Positions 1 through 10,923 of a stretch of 64,000 nucleotides of DNA are shown piece by piece (position 1 is the stretch's first letter; each line of letters opens with the position of its first letter). The notes beneath the pieces are model-generated. The model saw only the letters and a program-made list of their open reading frames with translations. It made no database searches and was not told the DNA's origin. Source of the DNA: Perkinsus chesapeaki ATCC PRA-425 (Eukaryota > Protista > Perkinsozoa). Both the position numbers and the translations under genes were made by a program. The stretch is taken from assembly GCA_013115145.1 (NCBI GenBank), contig JAAPAO010000045.1, positions 41,745 through 105,744 on the forward strand, in the 5' to 3' direction.

Positions 1-2202
1 GCCATCAGACTCCTCATCCATGAAGGGATCGTCATCTAGCCCCTTGACTCGTATATGGTATGACGCATCATCATCATCAGAGCCTTGGCCTCCAAAGGTA
101 GAGTGGAAGCTCGGCCCTAGAAGATCACGCCAATTGGGGACATGGTCGAACTTGGGCAATGATGGTGGCTCAACCTGAGATAAAAGACTTTGACCTCATT
201 TAGCATCACGAATCAATGCTCCTTGTATCTTCCCCAGTGCTGGGATATAATAAGACCAAATTTCCTACAAATTGTGCTCCTTATGACCGATCCATCGCCG
301 TACGCGTACCCATCGGGAGCCCTATAGCTAACTGAATCGCTCAAGCCGAGGGTTCGACAAACAACAACACCCCCCATACTCCACAAGAGTACATCTCCAG
401 CGAGCAATTGATAGCATTACCTCCCCCACTGTATCCTCGTCCTTCTTCTTCTTCCTCCTTTTAACCACTGGTGGTGGCTTCTCAGTTGTCTTTGCATACA
501 TCTCCAACTCCTTTATTATATCATCAGATGACTTCATTGATTCGGCCTTAGCACTGCTCTCGAGTTCTAAACAGCTTCCCTATCCCCCACCAGCCCCATA
601 CTCCCCCTACCTTCGGAACTCCGCGCTACCGTTTTCTCCGCTTCCGCAATGGCCTGGGCCAGAGCGTCCACAGAAGGTCGTGGCGTGGTAGTAGTCGTAG
701 TAGTAGTTGTCGGTATAACTTGTCCTCCACCTACCAGCCCAGAGCTTTGGTCGAAGAGCGGTAACCCTGACCATTAGTAATCATACAAAGCCATCGATAG
801 GCCCCCTCGCTTACTACCAAAAGGTGGAGTGTCGGCCAAGGGTTGCATCGCTCCGCCTATATCTTTCACATTTAGATCGCCGATCTTGTCAAAGGTGTAG
901 CCCCCTCCACCACCACCAGGAGGAGGAGGAGGGAACAGTGTCGGTGATGGCCGAGTCGGTTCAGGAGTAGTCTGCCCATTCCCTATATACCCCACCAAGA
1001 GCGAGCGCTTACCGGCAAACTGAATTGGGCCATTGGAGGGTTCTGGCCCAAAGAAGGCCATAGGGGAGGCTGACTCTGCTGGTAATAAGGAGGAGCCTGC
1101 TGCTGAGAGGATGGAGACATCTGATGCAAGATGCTTATACAGACAGCCTCAACCAACAACACTACCATCATAGGTTGCCCGACGCTTGGCATAATACCCG
1201 TCCCAGGGATCGAACCAGGGTCTCCAGCATAAGGCCCGCCAACAACCTGTGGCTGATATGTCAGCGGTGGCGGAGGGGGCTGCCCTCCGTATGTAGGCTG
1301 GTAATAGCTAGGTGGCGGCGGATAGGGATATATCCCGCCATAAGGGAGCATGTATGGGTACCTTACACACCACCAAGTACTACTATTGGTCCGATGGTTT
1401 ATCATTACCACGGCGGCGGCGGCGGTGGCCCTCCAGGTTCCTGTAAATAGGACGACGATGACCCCTTACTCTCTCTACCCTTATCTACTGTATGCCTCCG
1501 CCGCAACAACCTTGCGGTGAGGACACCAGATGCAGTAAGAAACAATATTAATATTTTCATTAAGCCATTTAGAAGGGTTAAAATATTGTCTACAAGAAGC
1601 CCCAAATTGACTGACTTCTCCAACTGCCCGGCGGCCAAGTGACAGAGCTGGAGCAGCCTCCATGCCTACCAAACTACTACATACATCACCTCACCCCACA
1701 GACCTCTATAGTACCCATTGGTCGTTGTGATACACTCCAAATGATGAGCGCAGAAGGGGGCTTATAAATGAGGCTAGAGTAATTTGCCTAGCCCAGCCAT
1801 ACCGACACCCTCGCCACTACCCACTATACCAATATAATACCATATACCCGCAATATATACCTAAACACCTTCCCCCAGCATGCTCTCTCCACAGGACTGA
1901 TTTCGGACAGAAACGCATTAGCGCGCGCCCAAGTGATAGATTTCCATCTAACCGAACGGCGAGTTGTGATTTCCAAAACCGGTACTGGTTTCGTGAGAGT
2001 TTAATGAATGAGCTGATTAATGGTGTCAAGAAGGCATCTTGAAGCCACGGTGACTTTGCTGCTACAGGAGCCATTTGAAGGGATATAAAGGATTGGTTGC
2101 TCACCACCGTCGTTCGAAAAATTGATTTGCCCCCCAACCCACGTTGCCCTAAACACAAGATTCATGCGATAACGAAGAAACCGAATAACATACATCTGCC
2201 AT
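1..2202 (-). CDS. Multi-exon hypothetical protein with a hydrophobic segment and proline-rich region; runs off the window's left edge
   Basis: ATG at 2202 followed by a phase-compatible chain of short GT-AG introns (MAD|GNVGWG...|...LMKILILFLTASGVLTARLL|EPGGPPPPPP...). Later exons are PPPP/YQP-rich, then KRRKKKK and acidic DDDD segments. No family recognised. Confidence 0.4.
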
Positions 2203-2237
2203 TAGGCAGTAGTGGTGGTGGGCAGTAGTAATGTGTC

Positions 2238-3074
2238 TTACATTTTGTTGACAGTACCCTTAAGTCTATCATCTATCCTAACCAGGAACCTTAACCTATT
2301 AACCTCAGTCTCAACAGCATCCCAATCGTGTGCTTCATCACACAGTCTAGTAAGCTCCTCCTCACATTCCCTTATCCTTGCATCATTCTCATCAGCCAGC
2401 TTGCTTAGCTCTTCCTCATCCCCTTCAGCATCATCTATCTCCTCATTATAGTCCAACATCTCCATCAGCACACTAGGGTCCATGTTACCCATACCATCGG
2501 CCTCGTCATCATCAGACTTCACACCGGTCTCTAGTTGCAGCAAATGCTCTGCCCGCTTTAGAGGTGATCGGAGCGTCTTAATGGCGTCATTAACCATAGC
2601 CGAGTCGGCAGCGGCCACCTCAGGATCAGCACCCTCAACGTGGGCCACCTTGTCTGGATGCAGCCTGTTCTGTAACTTCCTATAGCACTTCTCTGCACCA
2701 CTGGTATCTAGGCTATACCTATGTGGTTGGTTTAGCAAACAAAAGTAGTCTGTGGGGCAATCGCGAGGCTTCTCTGGTTGAAGGGAGTCGCACGACGGGC
2801 AGAATGGACAGAAAGAATTCATCACGAAATCGCATTTGGGACAATGCAGGTTGCAGCAGTCCGCCGATTCGCAGCAACCATTACTGGCTGCTGAGGCGAA
2901 GGCTCGGAGGGCCCCAGTGGGCTGCTGCGGCTGGACAAACCAGACTTTAGTGGTCGCACCTACAACCCAGTGGGTTGCAGGTGTGAGGCACCGCTGGACG
3001 GAAGGAACTGCCCTGAGGAGCGGGCCAAAGGAACGTGAAGGTTGGGCTAGTAGAGCAGCGCGAGCGGAGAGCAT
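2238..3074 (-). CDS. HSCB: Mitochondrial Fe-S co-chaperone Hsc20/HscB (J-domain), single exon
   Basis: Basic presequence-like N-terminus, CxxC...CxxC (CPKC, CPSC) followed by LQP, J-domain with LHPD and 'NDAIKTLRSPLKRAEHLL', and an HscB C-terminal domain (LMEMLDYNEE...RLRFL). Confidence 0.92.
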   Translation of the reverse strand: MLSARAALLAQPSRSFGPLLRAVPSVQRCLTPATHWVVGATTKVWFVQPQQPTGALRAFASAASNGCCESADCCNLHCPKCDFVMNSFCPFCPSCDSLQPEKPRDCPTDYFCLLNQPHRYSLDTSGAEKCYRKLQNRLHPDKVAHVEGADPEVAAADSAMVNDAIKTLRSPLKRAEHLLQLETGVKSDDDEADGMGNMDPSVLMEMLDYNEEIDDAEGDEEELSKLADENDARIRECEEELTRLCDEAHDWDAVETEVNRLRFLVRIDDRLKGTVNKM

Positions 3075-3184
3075 TTAGTGAAATATTAGATAAGTACAAT
3101 AAACTAAAGGAAGTAGACGCCAATAGGATGAACCCGATGCCACTGGCAGTAGGATGGGAAATGTGAGCAAGGACATGATGATGA

Positions 3185-4495
3185 TCATATCATCTTTTTC
3201 ATGGTAAAGAATCTTTTATAGTAGAGGATCTGAAGACCAGCCGCCCCAACAAGAACCACCACGTTCAACAGACAATACACAACCAGCCTAAACGACGTAC
3301 CTGGTCAGTGCGACAATCGATGATACCCCGGAGATGGCCTTCTACTTTCGGTTGTCTTCCTCATCCGCTCATCTCTTTCCCTCATATAGAAAAGTGTCTT
3401 ATGGTACTCGTTAAATAATATCTGTATGCGATGGAGCTGAGCTTGAGTGTCATCCAAGTGATCCTTAGTAGCCACTTGAGTGAAGTCGGCAGCATCAGCA
3501 CCGTATCTTCAAAGATTCCTCGAGCTACAGCTTTCTGCCTCACCTACCTGAACATTAGCTCGACCTCTGTAGGAGCCCTAATAGCGCTGTTTGCTAGCCC
3601 CACACAAATCCAATGTGGGCCACTCTAAAGAGGTATCCTCAATAGCCCCTCACACGCCCAGTACCTCAGCAACGGTTGCAGCAGCCTTCACAAACTTCCT
3701 ATCATGCTCGGCTACTAGAACACCATCAACCTACATTAACTTAAACCATCTCCGAGGTCCCTCAAGTACCCCAGCTTCATAGAGACTCAGCGGTATACCA
3801 GCCGCATATAGATGATACTCGGTCCCTGGACGAACCACCTGTAGAGAGTCATTTAGAAGGCTATTAATAGGCCTTACCAGATCAGTTAATGAGGGGGAGG
3901 CCTCCTCTCCGCCTTGGATCGTGCTCTCAACTACCTGCAATATGTGCTCACCTCAGCCATATATCCCCTCATCGAACCAAACGTTTTTACTGCCAGAAGT
4001 TGCCAAACTCAAATACAGTTTTGTGGAATATTCTATCCACCAACGCACCCGATAACCTCGAGCCAACCTTAAGATACGCTACTACCGACCAGAACAACGA
4101 TGCCAAAAACGCTTCTATCTCCCGGCCTCGTCAAAAACAGATTTATAATGATGGCCTCACAAATTCCAAAAGCTCGCTTCAGCTCCGGGGTTAGCGTATC
4201 TTTCCAGAAATCCAAAGATACCATAGAGGTTAAAAGCGACACTTCCCGAGTGATCCGAGGCACTGTGTGATTTTAGCTTATTACGCTAGATACTCACCAA
4301 CAGCTGCTTCTTAGTGAATTCCTCCCCGATACATTTAACCTTATTATCGGGATCCAAGTGGATGGTTAACTTAACCTCAGAAGCTGAGCCACACATGGCA
4401 GCTTTGAATAGCAGAAAAGATACTCTCATCACCTGAACTCGAGCTCCCACTGGGTCCAACGCAAAGACAACAATGCAAATCAAAAATACCATCAT
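3185..4495 (-). CDS. emp24/gp25L/p24 cargo receptor (TMED10/p24-delta-like), multi-exon
   Basis: Signal peptide MMVFLICIVVFAL; GOLD start 'LTIHLDPDNKVKCIGEEF'; coiled coil 'ATKDHLDDTQAQLHRIQ...FYMRERDERMRKTTE'; C-terminal 'ILYYKRFFTMKKMI*' with FF and KKxx signals. Confidence 0.85.
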
Positions 4496-4593
4496 GAAGA
4501 GCTTTACCAACAACTCGCTCTAATAATACGACTGACGCCTCAAGGCATCAGATGTTCGAATGTAAGCTATGGTCATCAAAGATTCCTCGGAGG

Positions 4594-5248
4594 TTAGGGA
4601 TGGAACCACCAGGACGTCACGGTACCGAAGCCGAAGGCCATGGCGAAGCAGTAGGCCATACCGCCCGCGGGATTAGATTGCATCCACCTAAACAAAGGCA
4701 ATGTACAGCACTGAGTTGAATGGCTGGAAGTACTTGGTGAAGCAGCCACCGTTCCACGTGGGAGAGGTAAAGCAACTCTTACAGCCACAAAAGAGCCTGA
4801 CACCAGTGTGCTCCGGCTCCCAGCGACGAGGACGGAATCCCTAACAATAAAGATATTATATGATGAGAGTAGATCTCACTTACTCCCTCTCTTTTAGAGC
4901 ATTTACAATGCCCATCAACCCAGGGTTGAGTCTTGGATTCACCGCACGCGCACCACCAATAGACCTGTGGGCCGATAGAGGCAATTAAACTAGCAAACTG
5001 GACCAACCTTGCCGGACTCAACAGTGCAGACGTATGGTCTGTACTGGGCCACCTTTGGCGTGGGATCATGCTCCCACCAGATCTCGGTCCATGTAAAGCG
5101 GGGAGCTGATAAATTGCATGATAGCATATAGAAATGTGACTCTACCTGAAGCCTTAAAGAGGCCTCTAGTAGCAGCCACAGTAGTAGGAAGGAGAGCTCT
5201 CCCACCAATAGAGCTTGCCGTGGTCTTCTTAACGGCCGAGGAAAGCAT
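4594..5248 (-). CDS. Two-CDGSH-domain mitochondrial Fe-S protein with C-terminal TM helix (MiNT/CISD3-like; probable ApiCox13 orthologue), 5 exons
   Basis: Spliced product MLSSAVKK...PKVAQYRPYVCTVESGK|VYWWCACGESKTQPWVDGHCKC...|GFRPRRWEPEHTGVRLFCGCKSCFTSPTWNGGC...|WMQSNPAGGMAYCFAMAFGFGTVTSWWFHP. Confidence 0.8.
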
Positions 5249-5428
5249 ACACTATTGGCTTTACAAAGCACGCTAATAACAATTCAAGTCGATAGTAAAC
5301 GCGAACACAACTCGAGAGTGATCGGCATCTTGCTAAATCTTGCAATCTTGTATTTTCTCAACGACAACTTATTCTTCCTCCTCATATCGTAGGTGCCGGC
5401 ATTTTTCTACCTTACTACTATCCCTAGG

Positions 5429-7903
5429 ATGTTGTCGAAGGCTGCATATGTCCGGCCCGTAGCGGCTTATTCCGCCCTAGGGAGAAATGCAATAGTGGCA
5501 CCAGCAGCTCAGGTATCTTTCCGACCTTGAAGATCCTAGGTCAACCTCAGATCAGGTCCGCCACTCCTCAACCTTCACGAATGGTATGGGCTTTGGCATC
5601 TCCCTTCCCCAGCTCTCTGGGCCTGGTGGTGTATTTGTTACTAAGTATCCTATCTAAAATCACCAGTGTCTCAAGTGCTTACCTTAGGTATAAGATAACC
5701 AAGCCATACAACGAGAACACTACCTGGGATGACTTCCTATTGTATATGCCAGAGAGGGATCAGCTCGCCAAGTTCACCAAGGACGTCCCGCTCTTTATAC
5801 GGTACTGTCTTATCCCTGATGTAGCACTACTGTGGGGTCAGGTACCTCAAGCTGGTCACAGATCAGGAGGGGCGTAAGGAGGCCTTTCGTGAGTTTTATC
5901 AACGGTAATACGAAAGACAATCCCAGCAGTTCCCAGAAGTTCCTTTAGGTGCAAAGACGGTCTCACTGTTGAGAATGATATTTTTCTCACCACCGAAGAG
6001 CTACTCGCTCTCATGTGGAAGAACGGTTACACTGATAAAGGTAGGGCACAGGCGGCGGCCTTCGGAAGACAGAGGATCTTCAACGATCAGAGCGTAACGC
6101 CATCTTGGCTACTTTCCCGTCGGACTACCGCTTCCATTACCCAGAGCTTTCGGTCCTTTTTGATGTCCCTGAGGTGAGTCCCTAGCTAGACGGTGATGGA
6201 TGCGATGCTCCTGGTTCAGGAGGATACCTATAAGTTCTGTCTACGCAGTCGAATGGAGAAGAGCCATATTGGTGAATTAGATTACGAGAAGGTGAGACGA
6301 CCACACCTCAAGATGGCCAATGGCTCTCGACTCGACTGGAGGAGAATTGTCCAACGTTCCATTAAAGCGTCCCTTTCAGGTCAAACGTAAGGGGTTCCTC
6401 CGAGACCACTGGTTGGTCTTCGCGGGTGGATGGTAAGTCATACTTGACTGTGATAAGCTCCGTTATCATCATCCCTAACAGGTACATCTTCAAGAACTTC
6501 CCGTTCTATAACTACCTCTTCTATATGAAGACCTATGGTTTTTCGCTTTGGTTCGTCAGTTGTTGGTATCTATTCAACAGGATGGCCAACCGTGTGTGGA
6601 GGCGGTACTCTCCGGGCTCCCCCTTGCCTGGTTAATGTCTGTTGTTTGCTCAGTAACGAATTCATGGCCGAACAGAAAACGGCTGCTGGTGTGACAGAAG
6701 GCGAGGATAAAATCCTCAAGAACATGTCTCGCTTCACCAATGATTCGATGTACGTCATACCGCTCCTTCCTCAAATCTTGGACATCTCGACCCCTAGGTG
6801 TGTCAACTACCTCAAGGCCTTCAAGCGTGAGTCAACCGACCGTCTTGCCCAGTACCATCATGCTCTCATCCAGAAGCAAAAGCACGATGTAAGCTTTGGC
6901 AAAGCCCGGCTTTTGCAGCCACCACCACCACCTCATCAGATAACCGATCGTGTCCTCCATCAGCTCCAAAACATCGAGCGTTCTGAACACAACATGGCAG
7001 CTTCCATGCAGGGTAGGCAGGCACTCTTGAGAAGTCTATTTCATCCTTACTTGTCTAGAAATACTGGTTCGTGAGACAGCGTCCTCGTTCCGCGATATGT
7101 TCCCCACCGACCCTAAGATGCAAAAGGAGAGCTTCAATACAGCATTGGCACAGTTAGCTGGCGATACCGTCGACGCGTAGGAGAACCAGATATCGGTTGG
7201 AAGGAATGTCTTGGTTTTAGATCAAAGGATCCTGTAAAGAATCACTTCCTCAATTCTTTCAAGGAGCTCAAGACACAGGATGTCTCCAAGGCTACGGTAG
7301 GGGGGCGTTGGGGTGTACTGGGTAGAATGTTCAATTTCAGCCCGACGAGAAGGGAAGCCTGATCCAGCGTTTGGCCTTTGATAAAAAGAAGAGTAGGAGC
7401 GGATGGTTGTTGTTAAGTGACAGTGTTGTTGTTGATAGGTGAGAGGGACTTCGAAAGGCAGTACATGGTAACCAAGGCTGAAGCTGAGGAGGTTAAGGAG
7501 CTAGCTAAGAAGGCTAAGGCAAAGGAAGGGTAATATAGAAAGTGGAGGAGGAGGGCCGGGCGGTATGGTGTTGAAGTAGATACAACTGGTCGACTCTCAA
7601 TGATAAGGATATGGCTCGTATGGAGGAGCTTTACACTAAGATAAATAATAAGGTTGGATTCCCGGTAGGAGCTTTACGTAGTCACTTGGTCATCGATTGC
7701 TGTATCAGATGGTTACCGAGAGCGCGGTAGAGTCTGTGTCGACCGACAGCTATGCCGACGTCCGTGCAAAGGTAGGATTCGTTTGCCTATTGTGTGTGTT
7801 AATGTAAGGTTAGGAGTATACAAGCCATATGAACGAGCAGTTGGAGGTGATGCGAGTGAAGCTCCGTAATGAGAGATTGAGTATGTTCGCTGGAGCCTTC
7901 TAA
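5429..7903 (+). CDS. Mitochondrial ATP synthase Fo subunit b, myzozoan type (Toxoplasma ICAP2-like), many exons
   Basis: Spliced exons TKYKITKPYNENTTWDD, LAKFTKDVPLFIRYLKLVTDQEGRKEAF, LMWKNGYTD, DYRFHYPELSVLFD, EEDTYKFC, INNKVGF and terminal EQLEVMRVKLRNERLSMFAGAF* match the apicomplexan subunit b sequence as I recall it. Confidence 0.9.
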
Positions 7904-7995
7904 AGTGCTGTTTCGTTGTTGCTCTTTTGACGATTAGTTTCATTTGTGTTGCTGCGGAAATATCGGTATGAGTTGCGTAATAAGTATTGTTACAG

Positions 7996-8368
7996 AAGGG
8001 GGAGGGCATCTTAAGGGTATCGAAGCACATAAAGGGGAGGGCATCTTAAGGGTAACGAAGGACATAAAGGGGAGGGCATCTTAAGGGTAACGAAGGACAT
8101 AAAGGGGAGGGCATCTTAAGGGTAACGAAGGACATAAAGGGGAGGGCATCTTAAGGGTAACGAAGNNNNNNNNNNNNNNNNNNNNNNNNNNNNNNNNNNN
8201 NNNNNNNNNNNNNNNNNNNNNNNNNNNNNNNNNNNNNNNNNNNNNNNNNNNNNNNNNNNNNNNNNGTAACGAAGGACATAAAGGGGAGGGCATCTTAAGG
8301 GTAACGAAGGACATAAAGGGGAGGGCATCTTAAGGGTATCGAAGCACATAAAGGGGAGGGCATCTTAA
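7996..8368 (+). repeat. 35-bp G-rich minisatellite (AAAGGGGAGGGCATCTTAAGGGTAACGAAGGACAT), interrupted by an N gap
   Basis: Units start at 7996, 8031, 8066 and 8101 (period 35). The variant unit ...GTATCGAAGCACAT occurs at both ends of the array. Confidence 0.97.
8166..8265. other. Assembly gap (100 N) inside the minisatellite
   Basis: Run of 100 N flanked on both sides by repeat units. Confidence 1.
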
Positions 8369-8708
8369 AACACTGGGATACGGCATAGATGGTGGTTGAC
8401 GGAATATGTAAAAGGGTTCAGAAAACAGAAAAATTTAGGAATCTCTTGAAGATTGTTCTATGTACACCCATAATGTATATTAACCGCCTTCACCAAAGGC
8501 CATTTAACAAACAACTAAACACCCTCAACTGTAGTTAGAAGTAGAATGACTAAATATCTGCTAAGTCGGTAGTGTGAGCTTCCGCTACAACACATACCCA
8601 AATCTAATACGATAAGCATCAACATATGATATGTTACCTATCCTCACATCTAGTGAGATACTGATACTTGACATTTTCCAAGTAATGACCTATGAGCATT
8701 GGATACCC

Positions 8709-9107
8709 CTATGGATTTGTAAATTCGCCAAACCAGGCTCCTTGCCTTGAGTGTATCTCAACAAGTTGAGGCTCTCTGGGTCGGAAAGAATATAACCACT
8801 CTTTGAAGTCTTCCTGTGTAATAGCTGCGGTGCCACACTTGTCAATCTGCTCCGCCATTGGTGTATCCTTGAAGTCTAGCTCGAGAAACATACTGTACTT
8901 TTTCTCATCGACAGTCGTGTAAGGCACCGACGCCACCTTCAGCCCACACCCCAGCACGATGATATCGATATCTACAGTTTTACCATGCAGCGAGAACGTC
9001 AGCGTACCGCTGACTCCGCCCTCTTTTTCTTTTTCAGTGAAGACCATCCCGGGCGAACCATTGGAGATGTTTAAGATAATGGCCAATACAAAGAGGAGGA
9101 ATGACAT
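8709..9107 (-). CDS. Small secreted hypothetical protein (signal peptide, 2 Cys), single exon
   Basis: MSFLLFVLAIILNISNG signal peptide, then a ~115-aa beta-rich domain. ATG at 9107 is preceded by a CAG acceptor-like site. Confidence 0.7.
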   Translation of the reverse strand: MSFLLFVLAIILNISNGSPGMVFTEKEKEGGVSGTLTFSLHGKTVDIDIIVLGCGLKVASVPYTTVDEKKYSMFLELDFKDTPMAEQIDKCGTAAITQEDFKEWLYSFRPREPQLVEIHSRQGAWFGEFTNP

Positions 9108-10923
9108 TGTTAGTTCCTGCTGGTCCGAACAACTACAATGGAGGGTGTGGCTGGAGCCTGTCATAGCGGTAACATCCCCGAACATATGCAGTAGCCTTTT
9201 TGTTATGTCGAGAACTGATCTTAGTTATTGGTACGAATCGCGGACTCAGGTGAGTTATGACCCGCAAGCGAAGGGAGACAACGGTGACATGGACTCCACT
9301 AGGCATTTTCAATGTCTTTCTCCTCGACGATCTGACAAACCTGTCTGATAGTCTAGACTACACAATTTGATACAACTTAATCATTCAATCTCTAACGACA
9401 TTGAATGCCCTTGTGCTCAGCACAATGTGGTTGCTATGTTCCAGCATCCAGAGCGCAATGTCACAACTTACCAGGCACAAGCTTCTGTGACATGACATGT
9501 CCGGCAGGAGGCTCACTCAAGATAACAACAATACATAATATTCTTTACAACTACGCCAACACCATGTGTATGGCATCGAAATAACTATTATATAGCAGCT
9601 TTTCTAAGTACTATTCGAACATCAAGAGCCCTATCCACTTGCTCGGCATCAGCGGAGTCGTTTTCGTCTTTGGTCACTGATGTTGGTTGTGACCGCTAGG
9701 AGACAACCTGATGGTGCCGTATAATAGGCGCAATCTATGAGATACACTATAGGGCACATCTGATTCAGTGTCACTGTATAAACTTGATATTATCAAGCGC
9801 TCAACTCGACCGTGTTAAACTTATTCGTGCCGATGAATCCATCCTGTCCTCATTTGTAAAGCCCCCCAATGTGGATGAATGGTTTAACAGAGAAGCGAAG
9901 CAGATTAGGTTGGTTGACCGAAGGGCTCAGAGTGCCTTTCTGGTGCCTCGCATGGGAGATAGCCCATCTTGGTCCATGCTATATGTATGCCTACATGCTA
10001 CTCATTAAACATGAGCATTAACGACGTTAGTGTTCGTCCTTGTGATCTAACTTTCCGGGATGACCACGGCGAAGTATCATAGCTCTTCTCTCGTATTCGT
10101 TGAGTAATACGCCCCCAAGTCCAGTTTGTACTTCGCTTGTGAGGTATGGCAGTTGTACTGTATAGTTGTGCCTCAACTGAATTACTGTATGGTTTATGAA
10201 CGCAGAAGTGTTGTTGTAATAATGTAACGAAATAAATAATACATGTGGTTATCTTGAGTATTAGGTTGTCATCAAATTAGGTAATATAGCATGTAGTAGT
10301 TTACTAACCTCTGTACAAGGTGGAGGGGGTAACAATAAATCACTTAGGAAATCGCGACTTAGGTCCCAATTGACGGTATCTGACACATAACAACTGCCAA
10401 TGCTACCGCACCAGCAAGAGGCAAACAAAAGCCTTCAAACGTAGTGGCGTTGGATCGTCTCATGATCTCCTCTTACTAGAAGCATAATAGGCTTCATCTC
10501 CCTCCTCGTTGAGCATCGCACCATCTGTTGCTCCATTAAGACTGTCCATACCGTTCCTTCTTGAATCTAGAAACATAGATAAGTGACCCATGCACACAGG
10601 GAGGGCTAACCTGGAGTCGCCAATGCCGGCCTTGTAACAGAACTGCCTCGCCATGACGTCCCAAAGCCTCGAACCTCAGTGGAGCTAGGATCGAATTCCC
10701 TGTTGATTTTAGTGAGGCTCGTTGGTGAGATGCTACTTACACAGGGTTATCGCCCAAAAGCCTTCGTCTTTGTGCAGTAGCTCGCACGGTATTGCGCAGC
10801 CGATGGGCATCGTTGGTCAGATTGAGGACCACCCAACCCTTCTCTCTGACTCGTCTACTGCTGTTGCTCCCATTAGTAGTTATGGACACCACCGCATGGG
10901 ACAGCACTCGGCAATAAACACAC

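Noticed and set aside
6099-6110. GCCATCTTGGCT, 12-nt match to the spliced-leader core
   Set aside because: Lies within an ATP synthase b exon (NAILAT) and the flanks do not match; best explained as codon coincidence.
7996-8368. 35-bp repeat as a CRISPR array or a coding repeat (ORFs 8081-8349)
   Set aside because: Units are contiguous with no unique spacers, the context is eukaryotic with no cas genes, and the ORFs are translation artefacts of the repeat across an N gap.
9350-10900. Gene-poor stretch with short ORFs; possible decayed retroelement
   Set aside because: No recognisable RT, integrase or gag motifs and no terminal repeats; left unannotated.
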